A stretch of 64,000 nucleotides of DNA from a bacterium (GTDB lineage: Bacteria; Zhuqueibacterota; Zhuqueibacteria; Zhuqueibacterales; Zhuqueibacteraceae). Position 1 is the first letter of the stretch; every line of letters starts with the position of its first letter. The stretch covers positions 9,482 to 73,481 of the forward strand of contig JBIOXB010000241.1 of the NCBI GenBank assembly GCA_044869275.1, written 5' to 3'. Below are positions 36,119-45,994 of this stretch, piece after piece. Under the pieces are notes generated by a model. The model saw nothing but the letters and a program-made list of their open reading frames with translations, did no database searches and had not been told where the DNA came from. A program made the position numbers and the translations under genes.

Positions 36119-36838
36119 TTAAAAGCCCAAATGAACGAAAAGTTCCGGCGCTTCTGTCCGCCCGCCGGCGCGGCGCGCGAACTGTTCCGGCAATGGGGCA
36201 CGGCGAACGTCGATGACGTTTTCATGGAAAAAATCAAAGTCGCGCCACGCCAGCTTGCTGAACGCATACGGCAACAGCAGAAATGCAATCAGCAGTGCCC
36301 CCAGGCCCGACAGCCAAAGCAGGTTGTCGCGACGGCGCCAGAGCATCAGCAAAATGACGTTGATGGCCACCACCCAAAATGATATCAGAAAAACACTATC
36401 GCCGAAAGCATGGCGCATCAGGCTGGCATAGTATTCCTGCGTGTAACCCAAAGGCAGGCCCGCCATTCCTTGCGAACCCCGCGCTTGCGCATATTCCAGC
36501 ATGGTCCACAAAAACGGAACGGCGAGCAGGTAGCCCACCGGCCTTGCTTTGTGCAAGCGGGCCAAAACAGCGGCGAGCAATCCGAAACCCGCCGGCGTGA
36601 CCAAGACGGCCACGATCCGTTCGAAAGAAGGAATCAAGAACACGCTGTGCAGTGTGATCAGATTCGCCAGCAGCCCCGCGCCATAACCCCAGCGAAAGGC
36701 CGTGGCCGCGCTCTTGTTTTCCAGCAACAACAGAAACGGAATGATGGCCCAGCAGGCGAAGAAACCCAGGCGAAAGGGCGGGAAAGCCAGACCGAGGGCG
36801 CTGAGCGACAACGCAAACAGCAGCAAATCGCGAGGCAT
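36119..36838 (-). CDS. Apolipoprotein N-acyltransferase N-terminal membrane domain only (no nitrilase domain)
   Basis: 'LAFPPF', 'AFRWGY', 'PFLWTMLEY', 'LGYTQ', 'ISFWVVAIN' match the Lnt N-domain; the ORF ends before the CN-hydrolase domain. Confidence 0.75.
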   Translation of the reverse strand: MPRDLLLFALSLSALGLAFPPFRLGFFACWAIIPFLLLLENKSAATAFRWGYGAGLLANLITLHSVFLIPSFERIVAVLVTPAGFGLLAAVLARLHKARPVGYLLAVPFLWTMLEYAQARGSQGMAGLPLGYTQEYYASLMRHAFGDSVFLISFWVVAINVILLMLWRRRDNLLWLSGLGALLIAFLLLPYAFSKLAWRDFDFFHENVIDVRRAPLPEQFARRAGGRTEAPELFVHLGF

Positions 36839-37848
36839 CAGAGTTTGACCTCTTTGCCGAGTTGGGCGGATTGATACAACGCTTCAATCACCCGCATGCG
36901 CTCCAGGCTTTCCTCACCGCTGGAAAGCATCGGCGTGTCGTCGCGCAGGCACTTGATGAAATGGCCCAGTTCATCTTTGTAGGACAGCTTGTAGCGATAC
37001 GTCGGCGTGTCGTCGAGTTGGGGCGTCATGTTGATTAAATTGCCGTGCATCTCTTTCACGACGCGCAACGGATTGAGCTGCGCGCCGCCTTTGGTGCCGA
37101 GAATTTGCAGATACAGCGTATCCTGGGGAGACATGAAGGTCCAGCTCACCTCCAGTGTAAAACTGCTGCCATCGTCGAGATGCACGAAACCGATGGCGGC
37201 GTCTTCCACTTGCAGTTTGTGAACTTGGTTGTAGGTCGCAGCTTTCACGCTCTTCACTTTTTTGTTGCCGAACAGCCACAGCGTCATGTCGAGAATCTGA
37301 ATCCCCAAATCCATCAACACGCCGCCGCCGGAGTATTTTTTTTGAAAGAGCCAGGGCCGCTCGGTCCAGCTTTCCTGCCGTCGCAGCCAGCCGCATTTGG
37401 CATAAAACACCTCTCCCAACTCGCCGTTCTCGATGAATTGCCGCAGATTCACCACGTCGCGCCAAAAGCGCACGTTCATGGCGACCATGAGCTTGCGCCT
37501 GTGCTGTTTCGCGGCGCGCACCATTTGCTCGCCTTCTTCAACCGTGCGGCTCATGGGTTTCTCCACGAGCACATGTTTTCCCGCGGATAAAGCGGCGATC
37601 GCCAGAGGCTTGTGAAAATTCGTCGGCGCGCAAATATCGACGGCGTCCACCTCCTCCAATTTCAACACTTCTCTGTCGTCCGTGAACACTTGCGGAATGC
37701 TGAATTTCTCGGCCACGGCCCGGGCCCGGGTGCGGCTGGCGTCGCACACCGCCACCAATTCCACGCCCGGGATTTTTTTCCAATGCGGAATATGCGCCAA
37801 TTGCGCGATGCTGCCGGCACCGATGACGGCCAGTCGAATATTTTTCAT
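36838..37848 (-). CDS. Gfo/Idh/MocA oxidoreductase
   Basis: IGAGSIA, AGKHVLVEKP, GGGVLMDLGI. Confidence 0.93.
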   Translation of the reverse strand: MKNIRLAVIGAGSIAQLAHIPHWKKIPGVELVAVCDASRTRARAVAEKFSIPQVFTDDREVLKLEEVDAVDICAPTNFHKPLAIAALSAGKHVLVEKPMSRTVEEGEQMVRAAKQHRRKLMVAMNVRFWRDVVNLRQFIENGELGEVFYAKCGWLRRQESWTERPWLFQKKYSGGGVLMDLGIQILDMTLWLFGNKKVKSVKAATYNQVHKLQVEDAAIGFVHLDDGSSFTLEVSWTFMSPQDTLYLQILGTKGGAQLNPLRVVKEMHGNLINMTPQLDDTPTYRYKLSYKDELGHFIKCLRDDTPMLSSGEESLERMRVIEALYQSAQLGKEVKL

Positions 37849-38303
37849 GCGCTGTTTTTTTTCGAAGCGAGGCTGTCCAAATAACTTTGTAAAATCAGCA
37901 CGGCGGCGACTTGATCGATGGTTTCTTTGCCCCGGAGCTTGCGCGGGTTTTGTTCTCGCAGGATGCGCTCCGCCTGCCGGCTGGAGAGCCGTTCATCCCA
38001 CGTGATCACGGGCAGGCGGCTTTGGGCTTCCAATTCCGCTGCAAAATCTCTGACCTGCGCCGTGAGGTCACCCTCCTCGCCGCTCAAGTGGCGCGGCAGT
38101 CCCACCACGATCAATCCGATATTTTCGGCAGCGATGATGGCGCGCAAGTGTTCGAGCAGTTCGCGGCGCTTGCGGTAGTGCAGAGTCTCGCGGGCATGCG
38201 CGAGCAATAACAACGAATCGCTCACGGCAACGCCGGCACGTTTACGGCCAAAATCAACGCCGAGAATGCGCTGTTCAAGAGGGGTGTTCGTCTTTGGAGT
38301 CAT
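37845..38303 (-). CDS. ruvX: YqgF/RuvX pre-16S rRNA nuclease
   Basis: ILGVDFGRKRAGVAVSD, VVGLP, DERLSS, DQVAAVLILQ. Confidence 0.93.
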   Translation of the reverse strand: MTPKTNTPLEQRILGVDFGRKRAGVAVSDSLLLLAHARETLHYRKRRELLEHLRAIIAAENIGLIVVGLPRHLSGEEGDLTAQVRDFAAELEAQSRLPVITWDERLSSRQAERILREQNPRKLRGKETIDQVAAVLILQSYLDSLASKKNSA

Positions 38304-38715
38304 CTTCTTTTTCGCGCTTCTTCTCGCCCTGCCATGCGGCATTCCCCTCCTCAGCATCGTTCCATTCTTCCCAATCGGCGCTGGGGCTCGGCTCGCGGGC
38401 ACCCAATTCCGTCAACGGCTGCTTCAACACTTCCTTGAGCAGCTTGCCGGCTTTGAAATGCGTTTTGCGGCGCGCGGGCACATAAATGATTTCGCCGGTT
38501 TTGGGATTGCGCGCCTTGGGTTTGGGCTTGGTGGTTTTCACCTCGAAGACGCCGAAATCCCGAATCTCGATGCGAATCTCGGGATTGGCTTCTTCCATGA
38601 ATTCGCGCAAGGCTTGAAACACGCCGTCCACCACTTTCTCCGTGAGATAAATCTTCTCGTTGGTGATACGGGCCGTGCGCTTCGCCACATCTTTCTTGGT
38701 AATCGTGGTTTTCAT
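38275..38715 (-). CDS. HU/IHF-family DNA-binding protein with acidic C-terminal extension
   Basis: IEIRDFGVFEV, ARNPKTGE, FKAGK. Confidence 0.92.
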   Translation of the reverse strand: MKTTITKKDVAKRTARITNEKIYLTEKVVDGVFQALREFMEEANPEIRIEIRDFGVFEVKTTKPKPKARNPKTGEIIYVPARRKTHFKAGKLLKEVLKQPLTELGAREPSPSADWEEWNDAEEGNAAWQGEKKREKEDDSKDEHPS

Positions 38716-38766
38716 AAAGGCAGCTCCACTGTTAGCGTACTTTCCTTCCTCACCGAGAGCGCCATC

Positions 38767-40953
38767 CTAATACTCCACCTCAGCTTCGATCATGGGTTCG
38801 CCGGCACCATCCAGCCGCTCCACGCTGAGCACGCCCTGCACCTTGCCGATGCGGCTGATCACGCGCGTGAGATGCTGCAGGTTTTTGACTTCGACGATAA
38901 TGTTGCTGTGCACCATGGAATTCTCCGCGCGCATTTCGATGCGCACGATATTGGTATCGGTTTGCGCGATCGCCTCGCTGACGTCGCGCAGAAAATGCTT
39001 GCGGTCTTCGCCGAGCAAATGCAGCCGCACCATGAAACGCTTGTCGGGATCGACGTCCCAATCGACCGCGAGATTGCGTTCGGTGTTTTGCATGAGCTGC
39101 AGGATATTCTTGCAATCCGTGCGATGCACCACCACGCCCCGGCCCTGCGTGAGAAAGCCCAGGATGTGGTCACCCGGCACCGGCTGGCAACATTTTCCGA
39201 AAGTGATCAGCAAATTATCCAGGCCTTGCACGCGCACCCCCTTGGCCGAGCCGCGCGCTTTGTCGATAAACTTCTTGATGATGCTGCCGGGGCTGGCGTG
39301 TTCGGCGTGCTCCGGTCTGATTTTGCGGATCACGCTTTGCGCGGAAATGTCGCCGCGGCCCACGGCGCAATAGAGCTGCAGGGCATCGCTCAAACCGAAG
39401 GTATGCGCAATTTCGCTCAGCTCGTCTTCGTTTCTTTCGAGGCGCGAGCGCTTCAAGGCCCGCAGCAGAATCTCTTCGCCCAGCTTCTTGCTTTGTTCCT
39501 GCAACGACTCTTTGATCCAGCGCTTGATCTTCGCGCGCGCTTTGGAAGTGCGCACCGAGCGGATCCAATCCGGATTGGGCTTTTGATTCGGGCTGACGAT
39601 GATCTCAACCGGATCGCCGCTCTTCAGCTTGTAATTGAGCGGCACGATGCGCCCGTTCACTTTTGCGCCGATGCAGTGATGGCCAATATCGGTATGCACC
39701 GCGAACGCGAAATCCACCGGCGTGCTCCCCAGCGGCAGTTGCAGCAAATCGCCCTTGGGGGTGAACACGAATACTTCGTCCTGAAACAAGTCGATCCGCA
39801 GATTCTCCATGAATTCCTGTGGATCTTTGGTATCGCGCTGCCAGTCGAGCATCTGCCGCAGCCACATGAGATGCTTGTCGAGTTCGTCGGTTTTTTGCTT
39901 GCCCTCTTTATAGCGCCAGTGCGCGGCCACGCCCACTTCGGCCATGTAATCCATGTCTTCGGTGCGAATCTGAATCTCGACCATCTTGCCGCCTTCGGCG
40001 ATCACCGTGGTATGCAGCGACTGGTACATGTTGGACTTCGGCGTGGCGACGTAATCCTTGAATCGCTCCTGAATGGGCGTGAATTGGTTGTGCACGATGC
40101 CGAGGGCGAAGTAGCAATCTTCCACGCGCTTCACCACGATGCGAATGGCGAGCAGGTCGAAAATGGCTTCAAACGGCATGGCGCGATTGAGCATTTTGAG
40201 ATGTATGCTATAGAGATGTTTGGGCCGTCCCGTGATCTTGGCGAAGATTTTCGCCTCCTGCAGCTCGCGCCGGATGGGCGCGGTGACACGGCGGATGTAG
40301 GCCTCGCGCTCTTCCCTTTTCTCATTGATCTTCTGCACCAATTCCCAATAGGCCTTGGGTGTCAGGGTTTTGAAGCACAAATCTTCCAATTCCCACTTGA
40401 TCCTGGCGATGCCCAAACGGTGCGCCAAAGGCGCATAAATCTCGCGCGTTTCAAGCGCGATGCGGTGCTGCTTGCGCTCGGGGAGATATTCGATCGTACG
40501 CATGTTGTGCAGCCGGTCGGCGAACTTGATCAGGATGACGCGTATGTCCTTGATCATGGACAGCAGCATCTTCCGAAAGTTTTCCGCCTGTCGCACTTCC
40601 ACGCTGTCGAACTTCAATTCCGAGATCTTGGTCACCCCGTCGACCAAGCCGGCGATTTCCGCGCCGAATTTTTCCTCCACTTCGGCGATCTGGATGCCGG
40701 TATCCTCCACCACGTCGTGCAGCAAGCCGCCGGCGATGGTGATATGATCCATGCGCAGATCGCTGAGAATCTTGGCGACCTCGATGCAATGCTCGAAGTA
40801 GGGCGCGCCGGATTTGCGCAATTGGTGGCGATGCGCTTCCTGGCTGAATTCATAAGCGCGCCGCAACAAATCGTAATCGACCGCATGCTGGCTGTAGCGT
40901 TTGAGGCGGCGCACGATCCGGCTGAAAGCCTTGTCAAATTTTATAGTGTCCAT
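38767..40953 (-). CDS. rel: Bifunctional (p)ppGpp synthetase/hydrolase (long RSH)
   Basis: RKSGAPY, LLHDVVED (HD hydrolase), DRLHNMRT, RFKD, YQSLHT, TGS 'FTPKG', ACT domain. Confidence 0.96.
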   Translation of the reverse strand: MDTIKFDKAFSRIVRRLKRYSQHAVDYDLLRRAYEFSQEAHRHQLRKSGAPYFEHCIEVAKILSDLRMDHITIAGGLLHDVVEDTGIQIAEVEEKFGAEIAGLVDGVTKISELKFDSVEVRQAENFRKMLLSMIKDIRVILIKFADRLHNMRTIEYLPERKQHRIALETREIYAPLAHRLGIARIKWELEDLCFKTLTPKAYWELVQKINEKREEREAYIRRVTAPIRRELQEAKIFAKITGRPKHLYSIHLKMLNRAMPFEAIFDLLAIRIVVKRVEDCYFALGIVHNQFTPIQERFKDYVATPKSNMYQSLHTTVIAEGGKMVEIQIRTEDMDYMAEVGVAAHWRYKEGKQKTDELDKHLMWLRQMLDWQRDTKDPQEFMENLRIDLFQDEVFVFTPKGDLLQLPLGSTPVDFAFAVHTDIGHHCIGAKVNGRIVPLNYKLKSGDPVEIIVSPNQKPNPDWIRSVRTSKARAKIKRWIKESLQEQSKKLGEEILLRALKRSRLERNEDELSEIAHTFGLSDALQLYCAVGRGDISAQSVIRKIRPEHAEHASPGSIIKKFIDKARGSAKGVRVQGLDNLLITFGKCCQPVPGDHILGFLTQGRGVVVHRTDCKNILQLMQNTERNLAVDWDVDPDKRFMVRLHLLGEDRKHFLRDVSEAIAQTDTNIVRIEMRAENSMVHSNIIVEVKNLQHLTRVISRIGKVQGVLSVERLDGAGEPMIEAEVEY

Positions 40954-41000
40954 GGTACAGCTTCCCCTGCAGCAAGTCCCAAGATGGATTCGCCATACCG

Positions 41001-42434
41001 TCAGAAAGGCGATTCACTGACCACGTTTACGGGTTCCGAGGTGAACCGGTCCAAGTTGGCGAACAACACATAATCTTTCAAGAACATCAGGTTGACGGTG
41101 CCGGTCGGGCCGTTTCTCTGCTTGCCGATGATGATTTCCGCGGTGCTGTCGTTCAGTTCTTTGGTATAGACTTCCGGGCGATAGATGAACATGACCACGT
41201 CGGCGTCCTGCTCGATGGCGCCGGATTCGCGCAAGTCGGAAAGCTGTGGGCGCTTGTCCCCGGTGCGCTGCTCCACCGCGCGCGAGAGCTGCGACAAGGC
41301 GATCACCGGCACGCTCAGTTCTTTCGCCAGCGCCTTGAGTGCTTGCGAAATCATGGAGATTTCAATTTGCCGGCTTTCCGCGGTGCGCGGCCCGCGCACG
41401 AGCTGGAGATAATCGACGATGAACAATCCGACATTTTTTTCCGCCACCAGCCGCCGCGCTTTGGCGCGGATTTCCATCACCGAGAGCGCGGGGGTGTCGT
41501 CGATGAAAAGTGGCGCTTCGGCCAGCCTGCCGACGCCCGTCACCAGGCGTTTGAATTGCGTGGTCGGCAGTTTGCCCGTGCGCACGAGGTGAGAATTGAC
41601 GCGCGCTTCACTGCAGAGCATGCGCATGGCGAGCTGGTAATTCGCCATCTCGAGCGAAAAAATGCCAACGCCGATCTTGCTGTCCACCGCGACGTTGCGT
41701 GCCATGTTCAAGCAGAAAGCCGTTTTGCCCATCGACGGCCGCCCCGCGACGATGATGAGATCCGCAGGCTGCAAGCCGGAAGTGATTTCATCCAGGTCTT
41801 TGAACCCGGTGGCCACGCCGGTGACGCCTCCCCCGCGCTTGTGATAGGATTCGATCTGCTCGAACGTTTTGTGCAGCACCGGATTGATGGATTCGAAGCC
41901 GCGGCGCAAGCCGCGCTCCGAGAGCGCGAAAATGCGCTGCTCGGCTTTGTCCAGCAATTCGTCCACCGGCTCTTTGGCCTCGAACGCTTCCGCAGAGATT
42001 TCCGTGGCCACGCCGATAAGCCGGCGCAAGAGCGCCTTTTCCAGCACCAGACGCGCGTGATACTCGGCATTCGCCGCCGAAGGCACGCTGGCAACCAATT
42101 CCGTGAGATAATAATTTCCACCCACACTGTCGAGCGCCTGCATGCGCTGCAATTGCGCTCCGGTGGTGAGCACGTCGATGGGATGGTTGTGCTCGAACAG
42201 TGCCTGCATGGCCTGGAAGATTTTTTGATGGTTGCTGGTATAAAACACCCAATCTTCCAAGATTTCGAAGGCTTTGCTCACCGCACCGCTCTCTTGCAGC
42301 ATCGCGCCCAAGACGGCGCGCTCGGCGTGCAAGTCCTGCGGCGGCAGGCGGTCAATCAATTGATCGGCGGAGAGTTTCTTGAGATGCTGATCCCGGCCAG
42401 AGTCTTCGCCGCGATTGTCTTTACGTTCGTTCAA
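41001..42434 (-). CDS. dnaB: Replicative DNA helicase
   Basis: GRPSMGKT, FSLEM, DYLQL, SQLSR, DLRESGAIEQDAD, KQRNGP; no intein. Confidence 0.98.
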   Translation of the reverse strand: MNERKDNRGEDSGRDQHLKKLSADQLIDRLPPQDLHAERAVLGAMLQESGAVSKAFEILEDWVFYTSNHQKIFQAMQALFEHNHPIDVLTTGAQLQRMQALDSVGGNYYLTELVASVPSAANAEYHARLVLEKALLRRLIGVATEISAEAFEAKEPVDELLDKAEQRIFALSERGLRRGFESINPVLHKTFEQIESYHKRGGGVTGVATGFKDLDEITSGLQPADLIIVAGRPSMGKTAFCLNMARNVAVDSKIGVGIFSLEMANYQLAMRMLCSEARVNSHLVRTGKLPTTQFKRLVTGVGRLAEAPLFIDDTPALSVMEIRAKARRLVAEKNVGLFIVDYLQLVRGPRTAESRQIEISMISQALKALAKELSVPVIALSQLSRAVEQRTGDKRPQLSDLRESGAIEQDADVVMFIYRPEVYTKELNDSTAEIIIGKQRNGPTGTVNLMFLKDYVLFANLDRFTSEPVNVVSESPF

Positions 42435-42467
42435 ACTAAAAAATGCCGAGTGGAGTTCGAGTTCGCC

Positions 42468-43700
42468 TTATTGCCCAGCCAGCGCCATCACCCGCCGGAA
42501 AATGTGAAACGCCAGCTCCAGCTTCGACATCTTGGGCAATGTTTCAACTTGCTGGTTGCGGTCAATCGTTACTGCGAGATTGGTATCCGTGCCGAAGCCC
42601 GCGCCTTCATGCTTGGGATTGTTCAGCACGATCAGATCCAAATTCTTGCGCTGTAATTTTTCCGTGGCGTGCTGCTGCCCGTTTTCGGTTTCCACGGCGA
42701 AACCCACATGCAGGGCTTGAGATTTTCTCTTGCCCAAAGCTTGCAGGATGTCTTCAGTCGCTTCGAGCGTGAGCGTCAATTCGCTGGAAAGTTTTTTGAT
42801 TTTCTCGGCCGCGGCCGCGCGCGGGCGATAATCAGAAACTGCCGCGGCCATCGCCAAAATATCCACGCCGGCATAATGGGCAGCCACCGCTTGCGCCATT
42901 TCTGCCGCGCTCGTCACCGCCACCATTTTCACCTGATACGGCGGAGGCAAAGAACTGGGGCCGTGCACGAGCACGACCTCTTTTGCACCCAGTGCGATTG
43001 CAGCTTCTGCCAGCGCAAATCCCATTTTGCCGGTGGCAGGATTGGTCAACATGCGCACCGGATCGAAGTATTCCTCCGTGCGGCCCGCGGTGACCAGGAT
43101 TTTCTTGCCCTGCAAAGGACGGTGCGGCTGCAGCGCGGACAAAATTGCCGTGAGAATCCATTCCAGGCGCGCGAGCCGGCCCCATCCTTCGCCCTCTGCC
43201 GCCGTGGCCAGCGCCCCGAATTCAGGATCGACGAAACGATAGTCCGTCTGGCGCAGGCGCTCTACGTTGCTTTGCACCAGCGGGTCCTCCCACATCGCCG
43301 CATTCATGGCCGGACAGATCACCACGGGCACACGCGCCGCGCGAATGGTGGCACTAATGGCATCATCGGCGAAGCCGTGAGCCAGGCGTGCGAGCGTATT
43401 GGCGGTTGCCGGACACACGACCAGCACCTCGGGCCAGCGCGACCAGCGAATATGCTCGATTTCGCCGGAACTGCTCAAGGCCAGATGATCGAGCAGCACC
43501 GGGTGTTCGGTGAGCGCCGCAAAGGTCAATGGCCCCACGAATTCCTTCGCCGCGGCCGTCATCATCACCCGCACTGCGGCGCCCCGGCGGCGCAACTCGC
43601 GCACGACTTCGCAGCTCTTGTAGGCCGCGATGCCGCCACTCACGCCCATGACGATCTTTTTCCCGGAGAAAGGCACGGAAAATTCCAGCAAAAAAAGCAC
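42468..43700 (-). CDS. coaBC: Bifunctional phosphopantothenoylcysteine decarboxylase/synthetase
   Basis: GGIAAYK, PATAN, PAMN, TAGRTEE.FDPVR, AAAVSDY; true start may be a few codons later. Confidence 0.96.
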   Translation of the reverse strand: MLFLLEFSVPFSGKKIVMGVSGGIAAYKSCEVVRELRRRGAAVRVMMTAAAKEFVGPLTFAALTEHPVLLDHLALSSSGEIEHIRWSRWPEVLVVCPATANTLARLAHGFADDAISATIRAARVPVVICPAMNAAMWEDPLVQSNVERLRQTDYRFVDPEFGALATAAEGEGWGRLARLEWILTAILSALQPHRPLQGKKILVTAGRTEEYFDPVRMLTNPATGKMGFALAEAAIALGAKEVVLVHGPSSLPPPYQVKMVAVTSAAEMAQAVAAHYAGVDILAMAAAVSDYRPRAAAAEKIKKLSSELTLTLEATEDILQALGKRKSQALHVGFAVETENGQQHATEKLQRKNLDLIVLNNPKHEGAGFGTDTNLAVTIDRNQQVETLPKMSKLELAFHIFRRVMALAGQ

Positions 43701-43732
43701 TGTACCGCCGCCGCGAGCATCAGCCGCTGCGG

Positions 43733-44050
43733 CTAATTCTCTTCTGGCTGCGCTTCTTTATATTGAAATTGCAATTTGCCGTTGAGCATCTCATCCAGCG
43801 AAATGGTCGTCGGCTTGGGCAAACGGAAAATTTTGACTGGCGTAATCCTGCGCTCCTCGTGGTTTTCTTCCAAATCAGAATCGTCGTCGGCATTGGGGTT
43901 GTCCGCCGCGCTGTCATAACCCAGTTCTTGCTCAATGAAGCGTTTCTGATCGTCGTTGATCTGCCGCGCACGCTTGGCGATCACGACAATGGCTTCATAA
44001 ATGTTGCCCGCATGTTTTTCCAAATCTTCCAGCGGAACAGTGCTTACCAT
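43733..44050 (-). CDS. rpoZ: RNA polymerase omega subunit (Bacteroidota-type)
   Basis: GNIYEAIVVIAKRARQIN, PKPT; gmk-rpoZ-coaBC synteny. Confidence 0.88.
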   Translation of the reverse strand: MVSTVPLEDLEKHAGNIYEAIVVIAKRARQINDDQKRFIEQELGYDSAADNPNADDDSDLEENHEERRITPVKIFRLPKPTTISLDEMLNGKLQFQYKEAQPEEN

Positions 44051-44082
44051 GAAAAACCTCCAAAATCACGTCCAGTATTCGA

Positions 44083-44730
44083 TTAGGCCCAGCCTTCTGG
44101 GTGGGCAGTTTGTTGACGGTGCTGATTGATAATTTCCCGCACTTCACACACGGTATGTTCCAGTTCCAGATTGAGGACGACATGATCGTAGTGTGCGGCT
44201 TGTTGCAGCTCCAGCCGCGCCGTTTCCATGCGCGCCGCGATGTCTTCCGGCCTGTCGGTGTTGCGTGTTTCCAGCCGCTCGCGCAAAGCGTGCAGCGAGG
44301 GCGGCTGGATGAAGATCAAAACCGCGCGCGCACCCATTTGCCGCTTGACGTTCAGGCCCCCTTGCACGTCCAAGTCCAGCAGCACGATTTTGCCCAGCAC
44401 AATGCCCTGCTCCACGCTGGCGCGCGGCGTGCCATAAAAATTCCCGTGCACTTGCGCATATTCAATGAACTCGCCGGCTTCCGCCCGCCGCTGAAACTCT
44501 TCCAGCGGAAGGAAAAGGTAGTCCCGGCCATGGACTTCACCGGGGCGCGGCCGGCGTGTGGTCGCTGAAACAGAATATTGAAAATCCGCTTCCCCACTTT
44601 TGAGCAGGCACTGCAAAATCGTCGTTTTCCCGCCCCCGGACGGCGCCGACAACACGACCAAAAAGCCGTTTCCTGGTTTTGGCTGGTCGGTACTGGCCTC
44701 CCCGGACGGCACGGCCGGCATGGTGTTCAT
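44083..44730 (-). CDS. gmk: Guanylate kinase
   Basis: APSGGGKT, SATTRRPR.GE..GRDY, YGTP. Confidence 0.96.
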   Translation of the reverse strand: MNTMPAVPSGEASTDQPKPGNGFLVVLSAPSGGGKTTILQCLLKSGEADFQYSVSATTRRPRPGEVHGRDYLFLPLEEFQRRAEAGEFIEYAQVHGNFYGTPRASVEQGIVLGKIVLLDLDVQGGLNVKRQMGARAVLIFIQPPSLHALRERLETRNTDRPEDIAARMETARLELQQAAHYDHVVLNLELEHTVCEVREIINQHRQQTAHPEGWA

Positions 44731-45605
44731 TCGATATTCTGGATTTGTTCACGCAGCTTTTCAACTTCTTCCTTGATCTTGACCACCAAGTGCGCGATCG
44801 CGGCTTCATTCGCTTTGGCGCCAAGGGTGTTGGCTTCGCGGTTCATCTCCTGCAGCAAGAAATTCAGCTTGCGCCCCGGTGACTCAGGGTCTTGCATGGC
44901 CTCCTGAAACAGCTTGTTATGGCTGCGAAAGCGAATGCATTCCTCCGTGACGTCGACGCGGTCGGCCAATAAAGCCACCTCCAGTTCGAGACGCTGGGGA
45001 TCCAGCTCGCGAGTGGCAATATATTCCTTCAGGCGCTGATACAGCTTATGAAACTCTTCCTTGCGCCGGGCGGCCGAGCGCGCCTCGATTTCGTTCAAAG
45101 TGTCATCCAGAATCTTGAGGCGATTTGCCAGGTCGGCGGAAATCTCGACGCCTTCGCGCCGCCGCATCTCATTCAAATCCCGCACAGCTCTTTCAATGGC
45201 GCATTGCACACACTCCCACGCTTGCTCGGGCAGCTCGACCGAATTCTCCAGCGCCAGAACCTCGGAAAAATGCAAAATATGATCGATCGTGATCGGCCCT
45301 TCCAATTGGAGCGTGTCGCGCAGCGTCTCCAACAGGCGCTTGTACTGTTGTGCCGCTTCCGTATCGATGCGCAAGCCCAGTCCGGGATTCTGCTCGCTGT
45401 TCAGACTCACCGACAGACTGATGCGGCCGCGCGAGAGATGTTTGCGCACGATTTCTTTTGCCGCGTCTTCATAAAAGCTCAGCCCGCGCGGCAGCTTCAA
45501 CACAACATCCAAAAAACGATGGTTTAAGGAGCGCACTTCGACTTGGCAAGCGAAACCATCGCGTGCCTCTTCTCCTCTGCCAAATCCTGTCATGCTGGTT
45601 ATCAT
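44727..45605 (-). CDS. yicC: YicC/YloC family endoribonuclease
   Basis: SMTGFG, RSLNHRFLD, GRKLNFLLQEMNREANT, EQIQNIE. Confidence 0.94.
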   Translation of the reverse strand: MITSMTGFGRGEEARDGFACQVEVRSLNHRFLDVVLKLPRGLSFYEDAAKEIVRKHLSRGRISLSVSLNSEQNPGLGLRIDTEAAQQYKRLLETLRDTLQLEGPITIDHILHFSEVLALENSVELPEQAWECVQCAIERAVRDLNEMRRREGVEISADLANRLKILDDTLNEIEARSAARRKEEFHKLYQRLKEYIATRELDPQRLELEVALLADRVDVTEECIRFRSHNKLFQEAMQDPESPGRKLNFLLQEMNREANTLGAKANEAAIAHLVVKIKEEVEKLREQIQNIE

Positions 45606-45917
45606 GCGCAACGGGTTCCGGCTGAGTGCAAATTACTGAGCATACTGTCGCACCTGTTCATCCATTCTACTGGTCTGGATACGCGGCGAATGCAACTTAG
45701 GGCAGTTTCAATCACGCATTAAGTTACAATTTACAATTAAGTTAGATTTTACGAAAATCATTGATAACATACAATAAGTTTTTTCTGATTTTTTTTGGGG
45801 GCGGTCCTGGCCTCGTGATTATTAGGACACCATTTTTGTTTGCAGCTGTTCATTAGGTCCTTTCCTGCTCTCTTCGTGGAAAGCCCTGGGCATACCTCAT
45901 AAGATCAGTTCCTGCGC

Positions 45918-45959
45918 AAAAAAAGAACTTCAAGGAAGGAGAGCTGCCTTGAAGTTCTT
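45918..45959 (-). terminator. Intrinsic terminator after the PorV-like gene
   Basis: AAGAACTTCAAGG...CCTTGAAGTTCTT hairpin with poly-T on the minus strand. Confidence 0.75.
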
Positions 45960-45994
45960 CATTTGTCGTAACGTACGATTGGCGCAATTGATCT

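Noticed and set aside
38266..41073. 935-aa plus-strand ORF
   Set aside because: Antisense shadow of rel and the HU gene with no recognisable motifs. The same applies to other long plus-strand ORFs opposite dnaB, xseA, dnaE, nrdJ and the OmpA fusion.
12514..42434. Inteins in dnaE, nrdJ or dnaB
   Set aside because: Lengths are normal, conserved motifs are uninterrupted, and there are no intein splice signatures.
45612..45917. Structured ncRNA upstream of yicC
   Set aside because: No match to tmRNA, RNase P, SRP, 6S or riboswitch motifs that I can recognise.
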